Assembly: GCA_017856205.1 (NCBI GenBank)
Contig: JAFMFL010000001.1
Coordinates: forward strand, 1 to 53,331
Length of the DNA stretch: 53,331 bases
Direction of reading: 5' to 3'
Origin: Flavobacteriaceae bacterium
Lineage (GTDB): Bacteria > Bacteroidota > Bacteroidia > Flavobacteriales > Flavobacteriaceae
Part shown: positions 33,822 to 43,558 of the stretch, piece after piece
How the letters are laid out: the number at the start of each line of letters is the position of its first letter
How positions within the stretch are numbered: position 1 is the stretch's first letter
Translations under genes and position numbers: made by a program
The notes under the pieces: model-generated
The model's input: only the letters and a program-made list of their open reading frames with translations
Database searches by the model: none
Told to the model about the DNA's origin: nothing

Positions 33822-35621
33822 ATGGAAGAACGTCGGATAGACCCGTTACAAATTATTGGTATGGTGCTCATCTTTGTCATTTTCACATGGATGATGTACA
33901 CCCAGTCTGCTGAGGAGATAGCACAAGCCAACACCCAACAAGAGCAAACCACAGAAGCAGTTGCTGAAACTAAATCACAAGCCCCTGATGTGGTTGTAGC
34001 AACTCCCACAGAAGCAGTTCCTACAACATCAATTGCTAAAGAAACGATTACCCTCCAAAATAGCGCACTTACTCTCGGCATTTCTACCAAGGGAGGTATT
34101 ATGGAGCAAGTGCTGTTGAACGGAGAAGTGAATTACCAAGACACTCCATTGTATCTTATTGATAAAGATAACAACGCCCTAAACATTGCTTTCACCACTG
34201 CCACAGGGCAATTGTTACAAACCAAATTTTTGATGTTTTCACCAACGGTTACCAAAGGTGAAAAGGGCGAAGAATTACGCCTTCGTGCTGCTGTTGATGG
34301 AAACGGCTACATCGAATTTGTGTATACACTTCCAAAAGAGGGATATCGCTTTGGTTTTGAGGTGGTTGCCGAAGGCATTGAAAATGCTTTGGACACGTCA
34401 ATTCCGGCTGCATTTACGTGGAGCATGAATGGGTTTCGTCATGCTAAAAGCGCTCAGTACGAAAATCGATATACGCAGTTGGCATACCGTCACGAAAACG
34501 ATAAGTATAGCACGCTTTCGGCATCAGGCGACGATGACGACAAAGAAAAAAATGTAGAGTGGATATCGTACCGCCAACACTTTTTCAGCAGTATTCTTAT
34601 TCCTAAGGATCCTCTTGAGCAGGTGACACTAACGTCAGCAGACATGACTGATGAGGAGGTCGAAGCCTCTGCATACCTTAAAGGATTTGCTACCGAAACC
34701 ACACTTCCGTATCAACGTAATCGTTTTGAAGCCAATTTTGATTGGTATATGGGACCAACAGATTATACTATACTCAAAAATTACGATGAGAATTTATTTG
34801 AGAGTATTTCGTTTGGATGGGGAATTATTGGTTGGATAAACCGATCGGTTTTTTATCCACTTTTTGGATTTCTTACAGGTTTAGTGCCTCATGGTATTGC
34901 CATTATTTTGCTTACTATAATTGTGCGTTTGGTGTTGTCGCCGGTGTTGTATAAATCCTATGTGTCGCAAGCAAAAATGCGTGTGCTTAGACCGGAAATC
35001 ACTGCGATAAATGAAAAGTATAAAAAAGATGCAACCAAGCGTCAGCAGGAAACCATGAAGCTCTACACCAAAGCTGGGGCAAGTCCGCTTGCGGGCTGTA
35101 TTCCTGCGCTGTTGCAAATGCCTGTGTTCTTTGCGTTATTTTACTTTTTCCCTATAGCGTATGAGTTACGTGGAAAATCGTTTTTATGGGCAGATGATCT
35201 ATCCTCTTACGATGTTATTGCGGAATTGCCGTTTAGCATTCCGTTCTACGGTGACCATATCAGTTTATTCCCATTATTGGCTTCGGTAGCGATATTTTTC
35301 TATACCCGAATGACCACAGGACAGCAAATGCAGCCGACACAGCCAGGTATGCCTAACATGAAATTTATCATGTATTTGATGCCTGTTATGATGTTGTTTT
35401 TCTTTAACAATTATGCAAGTGGATTTAGCTTGTACTACGTGGTTTCTAACCTGTTGATGATTGCTATTATGGTAGTGGTTAAAAACGTGATTATTGATCA
35501 AGATAAAATCCATGCTCAAATTGAGGAAAACAAAAAGAAGCCGAAAAAGCAAAACCGCTTTCAGCGTAAAATGGCTGAAATGATGGAAGAGGCTGAGCGT
35601 CAGAAAAAACTTCGGAAGTAA
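33822..35621 (+). CDS. yidC: Membrane protein insertase YidC
   Basis: N-terminal TM, periplasmic domain, AIILLTIIVR, GCIPALLQMPVF, FLWADDLS, LYYVVSN. Confidence 0.96.
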   Translation: MEERRIDPLQIIGMVLIFVIFTWMMYTQSAEEIAQANTQQEQTTEAVAETKSQAPDVVVATPTEAVPTTSIAKETITLQNSALTLGISTKGGIMEQVLLNGEVNYQDTPLYLIDKDNNALNIAFTTATGQLLQTKFLMFSPTVTKGEKGEELRLRAAVDGNGYIEFVYTLPKEGYRFGFEVVAEGIENALDTSIPAAFTWSMNGFRHAKSAQYENRYTQLAYRHENDKYSTLSASGDDDDKEKNVEWISYRQHFFSSILIPKDPLEQVTLTSADMTDEEVEASAYLKGFATETTLPYQRNRFEANFDWYMGPTDYTILKNYDENLFESISFGWGIIGWINRSVFYPLFGFLTGLVPHGIAIILLTIIVRLVLSPVLYKSYVSQAKMRVLRPEITAINEKYKKDATKRQQETMKLYTKAGASPLAGCIPALLQMPVFFALFYFFPIAYELRGKSFLWADDLSSYDVIAELPFSIPFYGDHISLFPLLASVAIFFYTRMTTGQQMQPTQPGMPNMKFIMYLMPVMMLFFFNNYASGFSLYYVVSNLLMIAIMVVVKNVIIDQDKIHAQIEENKKKPKKQNRFQRKMAEMMEEAERQKKLRK

Positions 35622-35680
35622 ATTAATCGTTAATCCCCACACGTTTGGTGGGGCGGTATCATCATACTTACCTTTGTGCC

Positions 35681-36850
35681 ATGCAAGGAAAACGTGTCAT
35701 TGTTGGGCTTTCGGGAGGCGTAGACTCTAGCGTTGCGGCTTATTTGTTGTTGCAGCAGGGCTATGAGGTCATTGGGTTGTTTATGAAAAACTGGCATGAC
35801 GACTCCGTTACACTCTCCGATGAATGTCCATGGCTAGAAGATAGTAATGATGCGATGCTTGTAGCCGACAAACTGGGAATTCCTTTTCAAACAGTGGATT
35901 TGAGTGAGCAGTACAAAGCGCGCATTGTAGATTATATGTTTGCTGAATACCAACGTGGGCGCACTCCAAATCCAGATGTGTTGTGCAATCGTGAAATTAA
36001 ATTTGACGTGTTTTTAGATATTGCTATCTCGTTGGGTGCTGATTTTGTTGCAACTGGGCACTATTGTCAAAAGGAAGAAACCCTAGTTTCAAATAATACA
36101 ATGTATCGACTGCTTGCTGGCGCCGATGTCAACAAAGACCAATCCTATTTTTTGTGTCAGTTGAATCAGGCGCAATTGGCAAAAACCTTGTTTCCCATTG
36201 GAGGATTACAAAAAAGCGAGGTGCGCAAAATTGCCGCTGAACAAGGACTTATCACTGCCGAAAAACGAGATTCACAGGGGTTGTGTTTTATTGGAAAAGT
36301 AAGCCTTCCCGATTTTTTACAACAAAAACTTGCGGTCAAAAAAGGAGATATCATTCAAGTACCCAATTCGCACCCGATGTACGCCGAATCTCGAGAGACT
36401 TCTCCCGAAGGATTGGCTAAAAAATACACCTATTCTCCAACCGATGGTATCAAAGTAGGAACGCATAACGGCGCACATTTTTTCACGGTAGGGCAACGAA
36501 AAGGCTTGGCGGTTGGGGGTACGGTTGAGCCACTTTTTGTGTTGGCTACCGATGTGGAAACAAATACAATCTATGTAGGTGAGGGAAAAGACCACCCTGG
36601 GCTATACCGCCGTGCGCTTTGGATTGCGCAAGAAGATGTTCATTGGATACGCCCCGATTTGGCAACTGAACAGCCCACGCGAGTACAAGCGCGTATTCGT
36701 TACCGTCAACCTTTGGCAGCGGCTACCTTACATCCCGCAACAGAAGGTGTGTTTTTGGTTTTTGATGCGCCACAGTCTGCTATTGCAGCAGGACAATTTG
36801 CCGCATGGTACTTGGAAAATGAATGTATTGGCTCCGGAGTGATTGGTTAA
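35681..36850 (+). CDS. mnmA: tRNA 2-thiouridine(34) synthase MnmA
   Basis: [40 protein letters not shown]. Start set at MQGKRV. Confidence 0.97.
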   Translation: MQGKRVIVGLSGGVDSSVAAYLLLQQGYEVIGLFMKNWHDDSVTLSDECPWLEDSNDAMLVADKLGIPFQTVDLSEQYKARIVDYMFAEYQRGRTPNPDVLCNREIKFDVFLDIAISLGADFVATGHYCQKEETLVSNNTMYRLLAGADVNKDQSYFLCQLNQAQLAKTLFPIGGLQKSEVRKIAAEQGLITAEKRDSQGLCFIGKVSLPDFLQQKLAVKKGDIIQVPNSHPMYAESRETSPEGLAKKYTYSPTDGIKVGTHNGAHFFTVGQRKGLAVGGTVEPLFVLATDVETNTIYVGEGKDHPGLYRRALWIAQEDVHWIRPDLATEQPTRVQARIRYRQPLAAATLHPATEGVFLVFDAPQSAIAAGQFAAWYLENECIGSGVIG

Positions 36851-37368
36851 AGCCTAATCCCAATTCGTATTGGTGTAAACGCAGCATGTTGGGTGGTGTT
36901 GGTACCCGAAGTAAGAAAAACATCTATTTTTTCAGATAACTTGTAGTTTAACCCTAGACCTATTTCGCCACAGAAAGTGCCAGTGCCATTTTTGTATTGA
37001 TTCCAAAGATGACTGTATCCAATTTTTAAATTAATAAGTGGAGATAATCTTGACCTAATTATAATGTATTCAAAATCGGAGAAAACAGAAACGCCATTTA
37101 TTCCTTCGAAGTTTAAATACCCGACTCCAATTCCAACGGCGTATTTTTCTTTGAATTGTAGTGCGTTAACCACCACGCTTAATTCTATTCCATTTTGATT
37201 ATCCAAATAATGCCCTTTCCAATTTGGACCTGGATTTACGTCCAAATTAGTATGTCCAAATAAATAATAACCAGTTTCAATTTTAATAGAATGGTTTGTT
37301 TGTGACGTTGCTTTATTAAACAGCGTTAATGTGGTTATTATAACAATTGATAGTCTGAGGGTTATCAT
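36847..37368 (-). CDS. Hypothetical secreted protein, probable small outer-membrane beta-barrel
   Basis: Signal peptide, alternating strand pattern ([21 protein letters not shown]), C-terminal IRIGIRL. Confidence 0.7.
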   Translation of the reverse strand: MITLRLSIVIITTLTLFNKATSQTNHSIKIETGYYLFGHTNLDVNPGPNWKGHYLDNQNGIELSVVVNALQFKEKYAVGIGVGYLNFEGINGVSVFSDFEYIIIRSRLSPLINLKIGYSHLWNQYKNGTGTFCGEIGLGLNYKLSEKIDVFLTSGTNTTQHAAFTPIRIGIRL

Positions 37369-37440
37369 TTAGTTTTTATGAACTAATCATATTTAACAAC
37401 GTAAACTTCCGTAACTGTAAACTAAAAAAGGCTAAAAGCC

Positions 37441-37488
37441 ACTTAAACCACGCTTAACACAGCTGAAACAACGCTGAGAGCCATTCAG
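37441..37488. promoter_or_regulatory. Helically phased direct repeats upstream of the beta-barrel gene
   Basis: ACTTAA (37441), GCTTAA (37452), GCTGAA (37462), GCTGAG (37473): 10-11 nt period. Confidence 0.35.
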
Positions 37489-37533
37489 GATATATTTAAG
37501 ACACTAAAAAGCCTTGTGGGAATAAGCGTACAA

Positions 37534-38754
37534 TCAAGCCTCTACAGAGGCAAAATCCAACACCACTTGGTTTTGTATCAGGTCGTTAAAGCTTTCGGCT
37601 TTACGAATAAGCTTTGCTTCTCCATCGTGCCAAAGCACTTCGGCAGGTCTAAAGCGGGAGTTGTAGTTGCTTGCCATCGTAAAGCAGTATGCACCGGCAT
37701 TGTGAAAGCACAACACATCGCCATCGCTGATTTCTGCAATTTTGCGGTTATTGGCAAAGGTGTCGGTTTCGCAGATGTAGCCTACAACAGAGTAAAAACG
37801 TTCACGCCCATTGGGATTTGAAATATTTTCAATGCGGTGTTGAGCTCCGTAAAGCATCGGGCGAATAAGGTGATTGAATCCGCTATTTACTTGTGCAAAC
37901 ACCGTAGAGGTGGTTTGCTTTACCGAGTTCACTTGCGCTAAAAAATATCCTGCTTGGCTTACTAAAAATTTCCCAGGCTCAAATGCCAGCACCAATTCTT
38001 TGCCATATTCCGTACAAAATGCATTGAAACGTTCGCTTAATTTTTCGCCCAATTCCTCAATGTTTGTTTCATTATCTCCGGGCTTGTAAGGCACTTTAAA
38101 TCCGCTTCCAAAATCCAAAAATTCTAAATCGCTAAACGACCTTGCCGTATCAAAAAGAATTTCAGCAGCATGCAAAAACACATCAATATCCAAAATATCA
38201 CTTCCCGTATGCATGTGTACGCCATTAATGCGCATCCCTGTGTTTTCTACGATGCGTAACAGATGTGGCATTTGATGAATACTAATACCAAATTTTGAAT
38301 CGATATGCCCCACGGAAATATTTGCGTTTCCACCAGCCATAATGTGCGGATTAATTCGAATACACACAGGAACATTTGGATGCGCTGTACCAAATTGTTC
38401 CAATACATCTAAGTTGTCAATATTGATTTGAACGCCCAATTGCGCCACTTCTTCAATTTCAGAAAGGGAAACGCCGTTTGGGGTATAAATAATTTCGTGT
38501 GGCGCCACGCCTGCAGCAAGTCCTAATTGCACCTCCTGAATGGAAACCGTATCTAACCCTGCGCCTAATTGGTGCATCCATTTCAATACGCTAAGGTTTG
38601 AAAGTGCCTTCACTGCGTAGTTAATGCGAAGATGTGGTACTGCACTAAATGCACGTGTCAATCGCGTGTATTGCTGCTCCATAACATGTGCGTCATACAC
38701 ATATAAAGGACTTCCATATTCTTGACATATCTGAACTAAATCTTGATGTTGCAT
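37534..38754 (-). CDS. lysA: Diaminopimelate decarboxylase
   Basis: YAVK (PLP lysine), SKFG, HMHTGS, FEPGKFLV, GYICETD, GAYCFTMASNYN. Start set at MQHQDL. Confidence 0.95.
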   Translation of the reverse strand: MQHQDLVQICQEYGSPLYVYDAHVMEQQYTRLTRAFSAVPHLRINYAVKALSNLSVLKWMHQLGAGLDTVSIQEVQLGLAAGVAPHEIIYTPNGVSLSEIEEVAQLGVQINIDNLDVLEQFGTAHPNVPVCIRINPHIMAGGNANISVGHIDSKFGISIHQMPHLLRIVENTGMRINGVHMHTGSDILDIDVFLHAAEILFDTARSFSDLEFLDFGSGFKVPYKPGDNETNIEELGEKLSERFNAFCTEYGKELVLAFEPGKFLVSQAGYFLAQVNSVKQTTSTVFAQVNSGFNHLIRPMLYGAQHRIENISNPNGRERFYSVVGYICETDTFANNRKIAEISDGDVLCFHNAGAYCFTMASNYNSRFRPAEVLWHDGEAKLIRKAESFNDLIQNQVVLDFASVEA

Positions 38755-38919
38755 CGCAAATATTTTGCGCAAATGTAGGTTTTTGAATATTTAATACTAG
38801 CATGAATTTTAAAATATATTAAAAATAAAACATAATGTTATAAATACAACAAACATCTTTTTTGGTTTTATATGCAGATGCCCTTTTGATTCTCTATTTT
38901 TGCAACTTAAACTTAATCG

Positions 38920-40113
38920 ATGAACGTACACGAATATCAAGGAAAAGAGATTTTAGCTCAATTTGGTGTAGGCATTCAGCGTGGCGTTGTAGCCACAACC
39001 CCAGCGGAAGCAGTGACTGCAGCAAAGCAACTTACAGAAGAAACTGGAACAGGTTGGCATGTAATTAAGGCACAAGTGCATGCGGGCGGTCGTGGAAAAG
39101 GCGGCGGCGTAAAACTTGCCAAATCGTTAGATGAGGTAGCGCAAATTGCAGATGATATCATTGGAATGCAATTGGTAACTCCGCAAACTACTGCCGAAGG
39201 CAAAAAAGTGCATCAAGTGTTGGTTGCCGAGGACGTGTATTATCCAGGTGACTCCGAGCCCAAAGAATTTTACATTTCCGTGTTGCTAAACCGTGCTACG
39301 GGACGCAATATGATTATGTATTCTACTGAGGGGGGTATGGATATTGAAACGGTTGCAGAGCAAACCCCCGAGCTTATTTTCACGGAAGAAGTTGATCCAA
39401 CCGTTGGCTTGTTGCCTTTTCAAGCACGAAAAGTGGCTTTTAATCTTGGGCTTTCGGGTGCTGCGTTTAAAGGAATGACCAAATTTGTTACTGCGCTATA
39501 CAAAGCTTATGTGGGTGCTGATGCGGCATTGTTTGAAATCAATCCTGTGTTAAAAACCTCCGATGATAAAATTATTGCGGTGGACGCAAAGGTTACTCTT
39601 GATGATAATGCATTATTCCGTCATCCCGATTTTGAGGCTATGCGTGATATTCGTGAGGAAAACCCAACAGACGTGGCAGCGCGCGAAGTAGGATTAAACT
39701 ACGTAGCACTAGATGGAAATGTGGGTTGTATGGTAAACGGTGCTGGACTTGCCATGGCTACTATGGATTTGATTAAGCAAGCTGGTGGCGACCCTGCTAA
39801 CTTTTTAGATGTGGGTGGAACGGCAGATGCAGCGCGTGTTGAGGCTGCCTTCCGTATTATTCTTCAAGACCCAAAAGTAAAGGCGATTTTGATTAATATT
39901 TTTGGTGGAATCGTACGTTGCGACCGTGTTGCCCAAGGAATTGTAGATGCATATAAAAATATGGGAGATGCTATAAAAGTTCCCATTATTGTTCGTCTTC
40001 AAGGCACGAATTCCGACATTGCCAAAAAGTTGATTGATGATTCAGGTCTTGAAGTGCAAAGCGCTGTACTGTTCCAAGAAGCTGCTGATAAAGTACAGGC
40101 TGTTCTCCAATAA
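38920..40113 (+). CDS. sucC: Succinyl-CoA ligase (ADP-forming) beta subunit
   Basis: MNVHEYQGK, KAQVHAGGRGKGGGV, VNGAGLAMATMD, NIFGGIVRCD. Confidence 0.97.
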   Translation: MNVHEYQGKEILAQFGVGIQRGVVATTPAEAVTAAKQLTEETGTGWHVIKAQVHAGGRGKGGGVKLAKSLDEVAQIADDIIGMQLVTPQTTAEGKKVHQVLVAEDVYYPGDSEPKEFYISVLLNRATGRNMIMYSTEGGMDIETVAEQTPELIFTEEVDPTVGLLPFQARKVAFNLGLSGAAFKGMTKFVTALYKAYVGADAALFEINPVLKTSDDKIIAVDAKVTLDDNALFRHPDFEAMRDIREENPTDVAAREVGLNYVALDGNVGCMVNGAGLAMATMDLIKQAGGDPANFLDVGGTADAARVEAAFRIILQDPKVKAILINIFGGIVRCDRVAQGIVDAYKNMGDAIKVPIIVRLQGTNSDIAKKLIDDSGLEVQSAVLFQEAADKVQAVLQ

Positions 40114-40114
40114 T

Positions 40115-40186
40115 TGACAAAGTGTCACTAAAAATAATGATTTAACAGACAAAATGTCAGTTAAAATCAAAAGGTACACAAATTGC
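40115..40186 (+). promoter_or_regulatory. Putative heat-shock promoter of hsp20: two palindromic boxes plus a sigma54-type -24/-12 element
   Basis: TGACA-AAG-TGTCA (40115-40127), AGACA-AAA-TGTCA (40147-40159), GG (40173-40174)-N10-GC (40185-40186). Confidence 0.62.
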
Positions 40187-40221
40187 CATGGGTTGGGTGT
40201 ATAACATTAAAACCTAACATC

Positions 40222-40650
40222 ATGAATTTAGTTCGTAGAAATACAAATACATTATTTCCATCTTTATTGGATGAATTTTTTGGAACATCGTTTCCGTTAA
40301 CCACAACATCAACGCGTGCACAAGTACCTTCAGTAAATATTTCGGAGACAGATACGGCTTTTGAAGTAGCCCTTGCTGCTCCTGGAAAAACCCGTAAGGA
40401 CTTCAATGTGGAGCTAGACGATCATGTATTGACCATTTCAAGTGAGTCAACCCATAAAGACGAAAGTAAAACCGCGCAGTACACACGCCGAGAGTTTGCT
40501 TACGATAGCTTTCAACGCAGTTTTAGACTGCCCGACACTGTTGACACTACAGGAATTAAAGCAAAGTACGACAATGGGATTTTGCATATTTCATTGCCCA
40601 AGCTTCAAGAAGCCATTCCTGAACCCAAAAAGCAGATTGAAATTAAGTAA
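40222..40650 (+). CDS. Hsp20/alpha-crystallin small heat-shock protein
   Basis: PSVNISET, LAAPG, RREFAYDSFQRSFRLP, AKYDNGILHISLPK. Start set at MNLVRR. Confidence 0.95.
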   Translation: MNLVRRNTNTLFPSLLDEFFGTSFPLTTTSTRAQVPSVNISETDTAFEVALAAPGKTRKDFNVELDDHVLTISSESTHKDESKTAQYTRREFAYDSFQRSFRLPDTVDTTGIKAKYDNGILHISLPKLQEAIPEPKKQIEIK

Positions 40651-40657
40651 GGTTCTA

Positions 40658-40699
40658 CAGGTCTCGATACTAAATTCTTTAAGAATTTCACTCGACCTG
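40658..40699. repeat. REP-like nested palindrome between convergent hsp20 and uvrB
   Basis: CAGGTC...GACCTG outer stem, AAATTC/GAATTT inner stem, TCGA on both sides. Confidence 0.5.
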
Positions 40700-40718
40700 A
40701 CAAAAGTAGTCATGTGTG

Positions 40719-42701
40719 CTAACTCAACGTTTTTAGTTGGTTTTGCACACGCTCAATTTCATCTCTAAAATGAGCCGCCTGGATAAAATCCATGTCCATG
40801 GCGGCTTTTTCCATGTCTTTTCTTGCCTTTCGCACCATGGCTTGCAGCGCATCTTTAGATAAATATGCAATATCCTCCTTTTCTAGTGCTAAAACTGGCG
40901 AGGCGTTGGCACGCTCAAACGTTTCATCTAAGGCTTTGTTTAGTGCTTGAGGCGTAATGTTGTGCCGTTCGTTATACGCCATTTGTTTGGCTCTTCGATA
41001 TTGAGTTTCGTCAATTGTTTTTTGCATGCTTTTGGTAACGGTATCTGCATACATAATTGCCATCCCATTAAGGTTTCGAGCTGCCCTACCAACAGTTTGC
41101 GTCAGCGAACGAGCCGAACGCAAAAAGCCCTCTTTGTCTGCATCTAAAATGGCAACCAATGATACTTCAGGTAAATCTAAACCTTCACGCAACAGGTTTA
41201 CGCCAATCAGCACATCAAACAATCCTTTGCGTAAGTCGTGCATGATTTCAACCCGTTCAAGGGTGTCAATATCACTATGAATGTATCGGCACCTAATGGC
41301 AATTCGTGAGAGGTATTTGGTCAATTCCTCTGCCATGCGTTTGGTAAGCGTAGTCACCAAAACACGTTCGTCCTTTTCGGCGCGAAGCTGAATTTCCTCC
41401 ACCAAATCATCAATTTGATTTAGGCTAGGGCGCACTTCAATGAGCGGGTCAAGTAAGCCCGTGGGGCGAATAACTTGCTCGACATAAACGCCTTCGGTTT
41501 GCTCCAATTCGTAATCAGATGGCGTGGCACTTACGTAAATAACTTGACGTTGTAACTGCTCAAACTCTTCGTACTTTAACGGACGGTTGTCCATTGCGGC
41601 AGGTAATCGAAATCCGTATTCGACTAAATTTTCTTTTCGGCTGCGGTCACCGCCATACATGGCGTGCACTTGCGAGAGGGTTACGTGGCTTTCGTCCACT
41701 ACCATCAAATAATCATCTGGAAAATAATCCAACAAACAAAATGGTCGTGTGCCAGGCGCGCGACCATCAATGTATCGCGAGTAATTTTCTATTCCTGAAC
41801 AATAGCCCAACTCACGAATCATTTCCAAATCAAAATTGGTACGTTCCTCCAATCGTTTGGCTTCCAAGTGTTTACCTATTTCTTTAAAATATGCCACCTG
41901 TGCGGTAAGATCGTCTTGGATTTGATGAATGGCATTTTGCAGCACTTCTGGGGAAGTTGCAAACATATTAGCGGGGTAAATGGTCAGTTGTTCAAAATTT
42001 TCCTTAATGGTTCCTGTAAGTGGGTCAAAAACCTCAATGGCTTCAATCTCATCGCCAAAAAAATGAATTTTAAAAGCATGATCGGCATAGCTCGGAAAAA
42101 CATCAATCACATCTCCGTTGACACGAAAATTCCCATGTAAAAAATCAGCAGTAGTACGCGCATATAGGCTTTGGACCAACTGATGCAGCAATTTTGTTCG
42201 GGGAATAACTTGATCAACCCGAATATGAATCACATTCTTTTTAAACTCCACAGGATTTCCGATGCCGTAAAGACATGAAACGGATGCCACTACAATTACG
42301 TCGCGTCGCCCCGAAAGCAAGGACGAAGTGGTGCTTAATCGCAGCTTTTCAATTTCATCGTTTATGGACAAATCCTTTTCAATATATGTCCCTGTGGTAG
42401 GAATATACGCCTCCGGTTGGTAGTAATCGTAATAGGATACAAAATACTCTACAGCATTATTGGGAAAAAACTGTTTGAATTCGGCATAGAGTTGTGCTGC
42501 TAGGGTTTTGTTGTGTGCAAGCACTAACGTTGGGCGTCTGGTTTCGGCAATAACATTGGCAACCGTAAAGGTTTTTCCAGAGCCTGTTACCCCTAAAAGC
42601 GTTTGAAACTTATCTTTTTCGGCAAGTCCTATCGCCAATTGGCGAATAGCTTCTGGCTGATCACCAGTAGGTTTAAAATCAGAAATAAGCTCGAACTCCA
42701 T
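40719..42701 (-). CDS. uvrB: Excinuclease ABC subunit B
   Basis: PTGDQP, LGVTGSGKT, YDYYQPEAY, DESH, NLLREGLD, C-terminal UVR coiled coil. Confidence 0.98.
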   Translation of the reverse strand: MEFELISDFKPTGDQPEAIRQLAIGLAEKDKFQTLLGVTGSGKTFTVANVIAETRRPTLVLAHNKTLAAQLYAEFKQFFPNNAVEYFVSYYDYYQPEAYIPTTGTYIEKDLSINDEIEKLRLSTTSSLLSGRRDVIVVASVSCLYGIGNPVEFKKNVIHIRVDQVIPRTKLLHQLVQSLYARTTADFLHGNFRVNGDVIDVFPSYADHAFKIHFFGDEIEAIEVFDPLTGTIKENFEQLTIYPANMFATSPEVLQNAIHQIQDDLTAQVAYFKEIGKHLEAKRLEERTNFDLEMIRELGYCSGIENYSRYIDGRAPGTRPFCLLDYFPDDYLMVVDESHVTLSQVHAMYGGDRSRKENLVEYGFRLPAAMDNRPLKYEEFEQLQRQVIYVSATPSDYELEQTEGVYVEQVIRPTGLLDPLIEVRPSLNQIDDLVEEIQLRAEKDERVLVTTLTKRMAEELTKYLSRIAIRCRYIHSDIDTLERVEIMHDLRKGLFDVLIGVNLLREGLDLPEVSLVAILDADKEGFLRSARSLTQTVGRAARNLNGMAIMYADTVTKSMQKTIDETQYRRAKQMAYNERHNITPQALNKALDETFERANASPVLALEKEDIAYLSKDALQAMVRKARKDMEKAAMDMDFIQAAHFRDEIERVQNQLKTLS

Positions 42702-42724
42702 AGCATGCCAAAAATAGCAAAAAC

Positions 42725-43558
42725 TTAGAGGTCGCGGCGTTTGAGAAGTCTATAGGTTAATAAATAAAAAATATAGGACCACAACACTACAATCACGATG
42801 TTCCAAAAGCGTACAGCGGAATTGGTTTGCATCACTTCACCTACTTGTTCTGCAAGATTACGCACCGCAGAAAGGCGCGTAAAGGGCTCGGGAACAAGGT
42901 TGCTCATGGCATTTAACGGAAATAGCCTAAACACTTGATCGGCATCTATCCAAGAAGGTGATTTCCATTTGAGAAGACCATAACAAATTCCTTCAAACAT
43001 TTGCCAAACGCCCAAAAATCCTAAGGCAAAAGCAGAGCGTTTAATGACTGTTCCCAAAAACAAGCAAAAGCCAAAAAAAGCGACTAGCTTTAAAAAGTAC
43101 GCCAACAGGTATTCAAAATCACTAAAAATGATACCCAACTCGGTGTAATTGGAATACATAAGCCCCAAAATCAGCGATACCACAAAAATGAACAGCGTAG
43201 AAATACCTGCAAAAGCGAAAATCATAATCCATTTGGAATGTAAAAATTCGCGTTTGCTAAGCCCGTCAATGAGGTTCTGTTTGATGGTTTTGTTACTGTA
43301 TTCGTTGGCGGTCATGGAAACGATAACCACAGCCAAAAATATTTTAAACCACGCGCCGATAAACGCATTAAAATGCCATACGTAGGGAAAATTAAAAATA
43401 CCTTGTTCCGCCAAGTGAAACTTGATAGGACCTATGTCAAATTTTATGGCAGCAATTAGCGCAATGGAGGTAAGCAAAATAAAATATGCACCAATCAAAA
43501 TACGGCTAGAGCGGTTGGTTCGCAGCTTGTCAAACTCTATCAAAAACAATCGCTTCAT
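42725..43558 (-). CDS. ABC-2 type transporter permease
   Basis: About 6 TM helices, EYSNKTIKQNLIDGLS, C-terminal KRRDL; coupled to the ABC ATPase. Confidence 0.88.
   Translation of the reverse strand: MKRLFLIEFDKLRTNRSSRILIGAYFILLTSIALIAAIKFDIGPIKFHLAEQGIFNFPYVWHFNAFIGAWFKIFLAVVIVSMTANEYSNKTIKQNLIDGLSKREFLHSKWIMIFAFAGISTLFIFVVSLILGLMYSNYTELGIIFSDFEYLLAYFLKLVAFFGFCLFLGTVIKRSAFALGFLGVWQMFEGICYGLLKWKSPSWIDADQVFRLFPLNAMSNLVPEPFTRLSAVRNLAEQVGEVMQTNSAVRFWNIVIVVLWSYIFYLLTYRLLKRRDL

Noticed and set aside
35635..35653. CCCCAC/GTGGGG hairpin after yidC
   Set aside because: 6-bp stem with no T tract, so it cannot be supported as a terminator or repeat.
38780..38870. Lysine riboswitch or operator (AACATAATGTT) between lysA and sucC
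   Set aside because: The lysA -7 box (38770-38777) is only 15 nt from the start, leaving no room for a riboswitch. The short AT-rich palindrome is not distinguishable from background.
38903..38910. sucC leader CAACTTAA is complementary to TTAAGTTG (14064-14071) of the candidate sRNA
   Set aside because: An 8-nt match is expected by chance in AT-rich DNA, and part of it probably lies upstream of the sucC TSS.
38920..40113. sucC without sucD, and E2 (18454-19755) without E1/E3
   Set aside because: Dispersed subunit genes are common in Flavobacteriia; this is not evidence of loss or novelty.
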